From Gallaecimonas sp. GXIMD4217 (GTDB lineage: Bacteria; Pseudomonadota; Gammaproteobacteria; Enterobacterales; Gallaecimonadaceae), in contig NZ_CP149925.1 of NCBI RefSeq assembly GCF_038087665.1, forward strand, positions 739,455 to 771,454: a stretch of DNA of 32,000 nt, in the 5' to 3' direction. The notes under the pieces are model-generated. The model saw nothing but the letters and a program-made list of their open reading frames with translations, ran no database searches and had not been told where the DNA came from. The translations under genes were made by a program, and so were the position numbers. Shown here piece after piece: positions 8,780 to 15,153 of this stretch (its first letter is position 1; every line of letters starts with the position of its first letter).

Positions 8780-9400
8780 TCAGTGGTGGTCGCCGTGCTC
8801 CACGAAGCCCTGCTTGATCAGCTTGCCGATCACCGGATCGCCTTCCATGTCGCCGATATCGGCGAAGTCGATCTGCTCGAAGCCCCGCCAGCGCCGCTCC
8901 AGGGCCTTGAGATCCAGCCCGGCCTGGCCGACCAGCTCCAGCCGGTAGTCGCCCTGGCTGAGGCTGGCCGGCAGCTGCCAGTCGCTGAGCCAGATCAGCT
9001 CCGCCTGGCCCTTCTGGTAGCGGCTGGCTTTCTGGCAGTGCACATCCTCGTGGCTCTCACCGGCCAGGCCCTCGAGCAGGGCCGGCGACACCGGGCTGCC
9101 CTGGGACGGCCAGTCCAGAGGCAGGCCCAGGGTGCGCAGATCGCCCTGGTAGTAGCTGAGGGTCTTGCCGGAATCCAGGAAGTGCTTGTCCAGCTCCAGG
9201 CGGCTGTTTTGGCGCTGCCAGACCTCCACCTGTTGTTGGTCGGGCCGGTAGCGGACCTTGCGATCCTCTTCCACCCACAGGTAGATGTCCTGGCTCTGGC
9301 CGTGCTGGCTGATGCGATAGTGCAGGCCGTCGGCCGGGCTCTGCAGGCAGGCCAGGGCCTGGGCGCTTAGCAGGGAAAACGACAGCAACAGGGTTTTCAT
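8780..9400 (-). CDS. Secreted hypothetical protein (206 aa), function unknown
   Basis: AGGAGA RBS 6 nt upstream of ATG 9400 and signal peptide MKTLLLSFSLLSAQALA. I recognise no family motif. The C-terminus ends HGDHH. Confidence 0.6.
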   Translation of the reverse strand: MKTLLLSFSLLSAQALACLQSPADGLHYRISQHGQSQDIYLWVEEDRKVRYRPDQQQVEVWQRQNSRLELDKHFLDSGKTLSYYQGDLRTLGLPLDWPSQGSPVSPALLEGLAGESHEDVHCQKASRYQKGQAELIWLSDWQLPASLSQGDYRLELVGQAGLDLKALERRWRGFEQIDFADIGDMEGDPVIGKLIKQGFVEHGDHH

Positions 9401-9419
9401 GGTGGCTCTCCTACAACAA

Positions 9420-9443
9420 GGCGGCAGGAGCTGTCCTGCCGCC
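9420..9443 (-). terminator. Stem-loop after alkaline phosphatase 1 (probable terminator/attenuator)
   Basis: ggcggcagga (9420-9429) pairs with tcctgccgcc (9434-9443), loop gctg. On the minus strand it is followed by TTGTTGT, a weak U tract. Confidence 0.45.
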
Positions 9444-9462
9444 CGGGGTACTGACTGGGGTC

Positions 9463-11076
9463 TTACTTGGTGGTGGCTTCGGCGCGGCCGACCAGATCGG
9501 CGGCGTGGTTCATCACGTGGAAGACCAGGCTCTGCTCGTTGGTGCCCTGCACCAGGGCGGCGCCGGGGCCGCGGGCGAACACCGCCACGTCTTCACCGGC
9601 GTGGCTCTCGCTGTCCTTGGGGATCAGCGCTTCCTGGTGGAAGTCCGGGTGCTGGACGTTGACGCCGTGCAGATCCTTGCGGCCCACGTCGATGTCCATG
9701 CCGTAGCGGTTGTCGCCGGCGCCAAACTCGGCAAAGCCCATGCCGTTGTAGTAGCCGACGGCGGTGTAGGGCATGCCGTTGGCGTCCAGGGCCGGGCCCG
9801 AGACCGGCTCGCCGCGACCGTCGTTACCCTGGACCAGGCCCAGGATGGGGTTGCCGCGGGTCGGGTAGCCGGCAATGGTCATCACGTGGCCGTGGTCGGC
9901 GGTGACGATGATCAGGGTGTCCTCGGCGCTGGTGTTGTCCATGGCCACCTTGACGGCCTCGGCCAGGGACAGGGTGTCTTCCATGGCGCGGTAGGCGTTG
10001 CCGGCGTGGTGGGCGTGGTCGATGCGACCGGCCTCGACCATCAGGAAGTAGCCCTTGTCGTTCCTGGACAGGATCTCCAGGGACTTCTTGGTCATCTCGG
10101 CCAGGGTCGGCTCGCCGGCCACGTCGTCACGGATGTCGGTGCTGTACTGCATGTGGGAGCTGTTGAACAGGCCCAGCAGGTGGTCGGTGCTGGCGGCGTC
10201 TATGGCGTCGAAGCCGGCCTTGTCCCAGACGTAGGCGGCGTTGTCGTACTTGGTGGTCCATTCGGCGGTCAGGTCACGGCCGTCGCCGCGCTTGCCGGCC
10301 TTGCCCTCGCCGTCGGTGACGGTGCTGGGGAGAAATTCGCGGCGGCCGCCGCCCAGGGCCACTTCGATGCCGTTGCCGTAGTTGAAGTCGATCAGCTGGC
10401 TGGCGATGTCCTTGCAGCCGGTCGCTTCGGCGGGCAGCTTGGTGTCGTTCTCCCAGTTGCGATCCGGGGCCACGGCATAGGTGGCGGCCGGGGTGGCGTG
10501 GGTCAGGCGGGCGGTGGACACCACGCCGGTGCTCATGCCGGCCTCTTCGGCCAGTTGCAGGGCGCTGACCAGCTCGTGGCCGGCCACGGTGCTGCAGTCG
10601 CCGCGTTCGACCGCTTCGGCCACATTGATGATGCCGGCGTCGGTCTTGACGCCGGTCATCATGGCGGTCATGGTGCCGGCGGAGTCCGGGGTCTGGGCGT
10701 CGGTGTTGTAGGTCTTGGCGAAGCCCACATAGGGCAGGGTCTCGAAGCTCAGCTTGTGCTCCTCGCCGCTGTAGCCGAGCTTCTGGCCCTCGAAGATGCG
10801 GGCGGCGGTGATGGTGGACACGCCCATGCCGTCGCCCACGAACAGGATGACGTTCTTGGCGGAGCCCTTGGCCAGCTCGGCGACCCGGGCGGCGTTGTCG
10901 GTGACCACCAGCTGGCCGTCGTTGAACCATTGGTTGGCCAGGGTGAAGTCGCCGGCGGGCTGCTCGGGCACCGTGGGCTTGTCGGGCTCGGCCGGGGTGC
11001 TGGTGGCGGTGTCGTTGTCACAGGCCGCCAGGCCCAAGACGGCGGCCATGCTCAGGGCAATGAGGTTCTTGTTCAT
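9463..11076 (-). CDS. Alkaline phosphatase (PhoA/PLAP superfamily), lipoprotein-type signal
   Basis: 537 aa. Lipobox-like MAAVLGLAAC. Motifs: FVGDGMGVSTITAARI (nucleophile Ser region), RLTHATPAATYA, GRIDHAHHAGNA, VTADHGH. Confidence 0.9.
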   Translation of the reverse strand: MNKNLIALSMAAVLGLAACDNDTATSTPAEPDKPTVPEQPAGDFTLANQWFNDGQLVVTDNAARVAELAKGSAKNVILFVGDGMGVSTITAARIFEGQKLGYSGEEHKLSFETLPYVGFAKTYNTDAQTPDSAGTMTAMMTGVKTDAGIINVAEAVERGDCSTVAGHELVSALQLAEEAGMSTGVVSTARLTHATPAATYAVAPDRNWENDTKLPAEATGCKDIASQLIDFNYGNGIEVALGGGRREFLPSTVTDGEGKAGKRGDGRDLTAEWTTKYDNAAYVWDKAGFDAIDAASTDHLLGLFNSSHMQYSTDIRDDVAGEPTLAEMTKKSLEILSRNDKGYFLMVEAGRIDHAHHAGNAYRAMEDTLSLAEAVKVAMDNTSAEDTLIIVTADHGHVMTIAGYPTRGNPILGLVQGNDGRGEPVSGPALDANGMPYTAVGYYNGMGFAEFGAGDNRYGMDIDVGRKDLHGVNVQHPDFHQEALIPKDSESHAGEDVAVFARGPGAALVQGTNEQSLVFHVMNHAADLVGRAEATTK

Positions 11077-11091
11077 GTTCTACTCCGCAAA

Positions 11092-12588
11092 TCAGTAAGA
11101 GGTGCCGCCCAGTTCCAGGGCTTGGTTGATGACGTGGAAGACGACGTTCTGCTCGATGGCGCCCTGCACCAGCTGGGCGCCGGGGCCCTTGGCGTGCAGG
11201 CTGATGTCTTCGCCGGCGTGGGTTTCGGAGCTCATGGGCACCAGGGCCTGCTGCATGAAGTCCTTGTCTTGGGTGTCCACCTCGCTCAGGTCGGCGCGCT
11301 CGCCGTCCACGGCGCCGGGGCCGTTCTGGTAGCCCAGGGTGGTGTAGGGCTTGCCGTCGGCGGCCAGGGACAGGCTGCCGTCCTGGTTCTCGACCAGGCC
11401 CAGGATGGGGTTGCCGCGGCGGGGATAGCCGCCGATGGTCAGCACGTGGCTGTGGTCGGCGGTGACCAGGATCAGGGTGTCGTCACCGGCCTTGTCGACG
11501 GCGGCCTGGACGGCCCTGGCGAATTCCACGGCGTCGGTCAGGGCGCGGTGGGCATTGCCGGCGTGGTGGCCATGGTCGATGCGGCCGGCTTCCACGGTCA
11601 GGAAGTAGCCGTTGTTGTTCCTGGCCAGCAGATCCATGGCCTTGGTGGTCATCTCGGTCAGGGAGGGCTCGCCGGCGGTGTCGTCGGCGCGGTCGGCCTC
11701 GTATTCCATGTGGGAGCTGTTGAACAGGCCCAGCAGCTTGTCGGTACCGGCCGGGTCGATGGCGTCGAAGCCGGCCTGATCCCAGACATAGGCGGCGCCG
11801 TCACGGCTGGCCCACTCGGCGGTCAGGTCGCGGCCATCGGTGCGTCTGCCGGACTTGCCTTCGCCGTCGGTGACTTCGGCTGGGATGAAGTTGCGGCGGC
11901 CGCCGCCCAGGGCCACGTCGATGCCGTCGCCATGGGGGAAGTCAATGAGTTGGGCGGCGATGTCGGTGCAGCCCAGCTGCTTGGCTTCGGCGGGCAGCTG
12001 GCCGTCGTGCTCCCAGCCGCGCTCCGGTACATGGGCGTAGGTGGCGGCCGGGGTGGCGTGGGTCAGGCGGGCGGTGGAGACCACACCGGTGGCCAGGCCC
12101 TTCTGTTCGGCCAGTTCCAGGGCGGTGATCAGCTCCTGGCCCCGGGCACTCTGGCAGTCGCCGCGCAGGGCGTCCTGGGTCACGGAGATGAAGCCGGCCT
12201 TGGACTTGACGCCGGTGACCATGGCGGTCATGGTGCCGGCGGAGTCCGGGGTCTGCTGGTTGGTGTTGTAGGTCTTGACCAGGGCGGTGTGGGGGAATTT
12301 CTCGAAGGACAGCAGGTGCTCTTCGCCGCCGTCGGGGTTGCTCTGCTGGCCTTCCAGGATGCGGGCGGCGGTCAGGGTGGAGATGCCCATGCCGTCGCCG
12401 ACGAACAGGATCACGTTCTTGGCCTTGGTGGCGGGGGCCTGGGCACTGGCCTTGTCGGCGGCCAGGGCGGCGCCCTCGGTGAACCAGGGGCTGGCGGTCT
12501 GGTGGGCGGGCAGCACGGCGGCCTGGGCACCCAGGCTGGCGCCGAACAGGGCGGCGCAGATGCCGTGGTAGAGCGCAGAGTGTTTCAT
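11092..12588 (-). CDS. Alkaline phosphatase paralogue (498 aa), secreted
   Basis: Start chosen at ATG 12588 (AAGGA 6 nt upstream; MKHSALYHGICAALFGASLGAQA). It carries the same motif set: FVGDGMGISTLTAARI, RLTHATPAATYA, GRIDHGHHAGNA, VTADHSH. A GGAG RBS for the downstream paralogue lies in the 15-nt gap. Confidence 0.88.
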   Translation of the reverse strand: MKHSALYHGICAALFGASLGAQAAVLPAHQTASPWFTEGAALAADKASAQAPATKAKNVILFVGDGMGISTLTAARILEGQQSNPDGGEEHLLSFEKFPHTALVKTYNTNQQTPDSAGTMTAMVTGVKSKAGFISVTQDALRGDCQSARGQELITALELAEQKGLATGVVSTARLTHATPAATYAHVPERGWEHDGQLPAEAKQLGCTDIAAQLIDFPHGDGIDVALGGGRRNFIPAEVTDGEGKSGRRTDGRDLTAEWASRDGAAYVWDQAGFDAIDPAGTDKLLGLFNSSHMEYEADRADDTAGEPSLTEMTTKAMDLLARNNNGYFLTVEAGRIDHGHHAGNAHRALTDAVEFARAVQAAVDKAGDDTLILVTADHSHVLTIGGYPRRGNPILGLVENQDGSLSLAADGKPYTTLGYQNGPGAVDGERADLSEVDTQDKDFMQQALVPMSSETHAGEDISLHAKGPGAQLVQGAIEQNVVFHVINQALELGGTSY

Positions 12589-12738
12589 TGTCATTCCTTT
12601 TGAACTGTCCTTGCCGGGCAAGGATGAAGATGCAAGTTGTGGTAAAAAGGCGGGGCCATTAAAAGGGAAGGGCATTGCAGATTTATTAAAAATTTATGTA
12701 ATTCAGAATGTTACATTTTGATGTCGGAGGGATGACGG

Positions 12739-13371
12739 ATGAGCGTTAAAGTCTGGGACGGCTTTGTCAGGACTTATCACTGGGCCCAGGTGGCCCTGTT
12801 GGGGCTGTGCTGGTACAGCGCCGAGCAGGGCCTGATGGACTGGCACCAGTACAGCGCCCTGGCGCTGCTGGGGCTGTGGCTGGGGCGGCTGGCCTGGGGG
12901 CTGCTGGGCTCGGAAAACGCCCGCTTTGGCCATTTCGTTCGCGGCCCCAGGGCCGTGCTCGCCTATGTGCGGGGCGAGCGGCAACAGGGCAGTGATGGCC
13001 ACAACCCCCTGGCCGGCTGGATGGTAGCCGTGCTGCTGCTACTGCTGGGGGGGCAGCTGGGCACGGGCCTCTTTGCCAGCGACGAGGTGCTCACCGAGGG
13101 GCCTCTCTATGGCCTGGTCAGCGAGGAAACCTCGGCCTGGCTCACCGAGCTCCATGAGCTCAACTTCAACCTGCTGCTGGGGCTGGTTGCCCTGCACGTG
13201 CTGGCGGCCCTGGCCCACCAGTTCAGGGGCGAGAACCTGATCGGCGCCATGATCACCGGTCGCAAGGCCGCCGAACGCAGCCCGGCACTGGGCAACGTGC
13301 TGCTGGCCTGGAGCTTGGTGCTGCTGGCCTGGGGTGGCCTCTACCTGTGGTGGGGCCGCCATATCGGCTGA
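12739..13371 (+). CDS. Cytochrome b561-family / Ni-Fe-hydrogenase b-type cytochrome-like membrane protein
   Basis: 210 aa. GGAGGG RBS. Four predicted TM helices with conserved His positions (VRTYHW, DGHNPLAG, ALHVLAALAH). Confidence 0.75.
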   Translation: MSVKVWDGFVRTYHWAQVALLGLCWYSAEQGLMDWHQYSALALLGLWLGRLAWGLLGSENARFGHFVRGPRAVLAYVRGERQQGSDGHNPLAGWMVAVLLLLLGGQLGTGLFASDEVLTEGPLYGLVSEETSAWLTELHELNFNLLLGLVALHVLAALAHQFRGENLIGAMITGRKAAERSPALGNVLLAWSLVLLAWGGLYLWWGRHIG

Positions 13372-13372
13372 C

Positions 13373-13400
13373 AAAAAAAGGCGCCCTGGGGCGCCTTTTT
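13373..13400. terminator. Bidirectional rho-independent terminator (cytochrome b / cytochrome c-prime)
   Basis: A-run 13373-13379, stem ggcgcc (13380-13385), loop ctgg, stem ggcgcc (13390-13395), TTTTT 13396-13400. Confidence 0.75.
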
Positions 13401-13414
13401 CATCTTGACCGCCA

Positions 13415-13870
13415 TCAGCGGTTCTTGAAGTCCTTGTGGCAGGCCTTGCAGTTCTTGGCCGCAGCCACGAAGGCCGGCTTGATGGCGTTCAGATCGCCGC
13501 TCTTGGCCTTGTCCAGCAGCGCCACCGTATCGGCCTGGAAGCCGCTCAGGCGCTTTTTGAACTCCTCGGTGTTTTCCCACACCTCGGCCCTGGCCTTGGT
13601 GTCGCCCTTATCGGCGCCCGGGTACAGGAAGCCTTCCAGGGGCATGTGGGACAGGGCCTTGAGGCTCTCGGCCCGGTACTGGAACTCCTCGGCGTTGAAG
13701 TCCTTCTTGCCCTTGACCATGGCGGCCATCTCACCGAAGTGCTTGGCAACCAGGGAGAACACGGAGCGGCGGTAGTCGATGGCTTCGTCCTTGTCGTCGA
13801 AGGCCTGGGCCAGGGGACTGGCCAGCAGGGGGGCGGCGAGGGCGGCCGCCAGGGCATACTTGCGCATCAT
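13415..13870 (-). CDS. Cytochrome c-prime (class II c-type cytochrome)
   Basis: Start at ATG 13870 (AGGA 6 nt upstream) with signal peptide MMRKYALAAALAAPLLASPLAQA. A single CKACH heme site sits near the C-terminus and the body is four-helix-bundle-like. Confidence 0.85.
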   Translation of the reverse strand: MMRKYALAAALAAPLLASPLAQAFDDKDEAIDYRRSVFSLVAKHFGEMAAMVKGKKDFNAEEFQYRAESLKALSHMPLEGFLYPGADKGDTKARAEVWENTEEFKKRLSGFQADTVALLDKAKSGDLNAIKPAFVAAAKNCKACHKDFKNR

Positions 13871-13979
13871 TGTTATTCCTTTCAAGACATTGCCGTCTCT
13901 TTCTATCCCAGGCTTGGGGCCCGTGCAAGGGCAGCCCGGGACAGGACGCGCTCAGCTGCGATAAACGACCGTCAAAAAG

Positions 13980-14008
13980 TTGACGCGGCCTGGTGTTACG
14001 GGTAAGTT
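13980..14008 (+). promoter_or_regulatory. Sigma70-like promoter TTGACG-N17-TAAGTT with no downstream ORF
   Basis: -35 TTGACG 13980-13985, 17-nt spacer, -10 TAAGTT 14003-14008. The -35 is the right half of the perfect palindrome CGTCAA-AAAG-TTGACG (13970-13985). Confidence 0.45.
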
Positions 14009-14014
14009 AGCAGT

Positions 14015-14121
14015 CAGACCTTGGCCGAGGCGCCTTCCAAGCCGGCGACTTTCGTTAAGGTTTTCAGCAAGTAGTCGAAATCTGCCAATTCAGACCCGGG
14101 CCACTTGCCCGGGCTTTTTTT
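14015..14121 (+). ncRNA. Candidate small RNA (about 105 nt) bounded by the promoter above and an intrinsic terminator
   Basis: There is no ATG-initiated ORF. The 3' end is the hairpin cccgggc (14095-14101) / gcccggg (14107-14113) followed by C + T8. No upstream plus-strand gene exists that could use this terminator. Confidence 0.35.
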
Positions 14122-14143
14122 AACTGCCGCTATGGCGTAGAAT
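14115..14143 (+). promoter_or_regulatory. Possible ssrA promoter (-10 TAGAAT)
   Basis: TAGAAT at 14138-14143 lies 14 nt before the mature tmRNA 5' end, consistent with a short 5' leader. The -35 region is only a T-run, so this call is weak. Confidence 0.3.
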
Positions 14144-14156
14144 GGCAGTCGTACTT

Positions 14157-14517
14157 GGGGCCGATTAGGATTCGACGGGGATCACGAAACCCAAGGTGCA
14201 TGCCGAGGTGCGGTTGGCCTCGTAAAAAAACCGCAAACAAATAGTCGCAAACGACGAAAACTACGCACTCGCTGCCTAATAAGCAGTAGAGAGCCCTTCC
14301 CCCTTAGCCCGCCTGTCGGCTTTGGATCAGGAAGGTCAAACCTGACAGGATCGCGTGGCGGCTTTGCCTGGAGCCAAAGCGTTAAAACCAATCAGGCTCG
14401 CTGCTTGATAGCCTGCCCCTCGGCGCTCAACGCAGTTAACTAAAAGAGACGGCTAAGCATGTAGTACCGACGGCGTAGGGTCAACGGACGGGGGTTCAAA
14501 TCCCCCCGGCTCCACCA
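14157..14517 (+). ncRNA. ssrA: tmRNA (SsrA), one-piece; tag reading frame ANDENYALAA
   Basis: 5' end GGGGCCGATTAGGATTCGACGGGG and 3' end GGGGGTTCAAATCCCCCCGGCTCCACCA (tRNA-like domain ending in CCA). Resume codon and tag GCAAACGACGAAAACTACGCACTCGCTGCCTAA at 14247-14279. Colinear with my recollection of E. coli ssrA. Confidence 0.97.
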
Positions 14518-14520
14518 AAC

Positions 14521-14562
14521 GCAAACAAAAACGCCTCCCAACCGGGAGGCGTTTTTGTTTGC
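14521..14562 (+). terminator. ssrA rho-independent terminator
   Basis: Perfect 19-bp stem gcaaacaaaaacgcctccc (14521-14539) / gggaggcgtttttgtttgc (14544-14562), loop aacc, with a T-run inside the descending arm. Confidence 0.85.
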
Positions 14563-14721
14563 GCTAGACGGTGAGCCCGGTGGGTGCCGAACCCCCTCGG
14601 GGTCACAAAATGGCAGGACAGCCATTTTGGAGCGCCGCAGGCGACCCCGTAGGGGCGAGGACCAGGGAAGGTCCGAGTCAAATCCCCCGGCGGTTGGCTT
14701 TCTCCGAAAAGTGACATACCT

Positions 14722-14825
14722 ATGGGTTCACCGGTTTGCCGGGAGCAAACCGGAACGGCCGCAGGCCGGCCCCGAGCGTAGCGAGCGGGTGAGGCGCAGG
14801 GACGCGCCGAATAAACCCCCCCCGG
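14722..14825 (+). repeat. Near-identical repeat copy 1 (core of U2)
   Basis: 104 nt. It matches 14903-15005 apart from two substitutions (T/C at 14779 versus 14960; C/T just after aataaa, 14816 versus 14997) and one C-run indel. Period 181 bp. Confidence 0.9.
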
Positions 14826-14902
14826 CGTATTTCATTCCCGATCTTGGGTGGCTTTTGTCGTTTTTGGCCTTTGACGAAGAGCCCGGCGGGTGCCGAACCC
14901 CC

Positions 14903-15005
14903 ATGGGTTCACCGGTTTGCCGGGAGCAAACCGGAACGGCCGCAGGCCGGCCCCGAGCGCAGCGAGCGGGTGAGGCGCAGGGACGCGCCGAATAAATCCC
15001 CCCGG
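14903..15005 (+). repeat. Near-identical repeat copy 2 (core of U3)
   Basis: See copy 1. Here it is preceded by module A (14879-14902), which otherwise occurs only at 14573-14596 (23/24 identical). Confidence 0.9.
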
Positions 15006-15153
15006 TGAGTGGCTTCCTCCTTTTTCCGACAATTCACATAATCCCCATGGGCTCACCAATCGGCAGGATAACCGATTGGCATATTGCGCAGAATAAGTGC
15101 CAGAGATAGCGCCACTGAACGTCCCTATTTCCTGATATCGAACGCCAATGCTG

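Larger units (their letters stand above)
14573..15135 (+). repeat. Array of four paralogous multi-hairpin modules (U1 to U4) between ssrA and the TerB-like/BRCT gene
   Basis: Shared modular order: (A) gagcccggYgggtgccgaaccccc; (B) GGGNTCAC plus an 8-9-bp hairpin; (C) GC-rich hairpins; then a tmRNA-T-loop-like AAAYCCCCCCGG; then GTGGCTTYY. U1 spans about 14573-14700, U2 about 14722-14878, U3 about 14879-15044, and U4 about 15046-15135 (degenerate, AT-richer). Confidence 0.8.

Noticed and set aside
9505-12603. 1032-aa plus-strand ORF spanning both alkaline phosphatase genes
   Set aside because: It is antisense to two genes with unmistakable phosphatase motifs. The translation is monotonous Gly/Val/Ala/His-rich and it has no RBS. 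This is a shadow ORF.
12696-12716. 6-9-6 palindrome ATGTAA-N9-TTACAT in the AT-rich divergent region between alkaline phosphatase 2 and cytochrome b
   Set aside because: It is short, sits in locally AT-rich DNA where such palindromes arise by chance, and does not match the CRP, FNR or Pho-box spacing I know. I noted it only as a possible operator.
14573-15135. Possibility that the repeat array is a CRISPR array
   Set aside because: The units are about 130-180 bp, not 25-40 bp. Only two copies are near-identical, there is no repeat-spacer alternation, and no cas genes are in the window.
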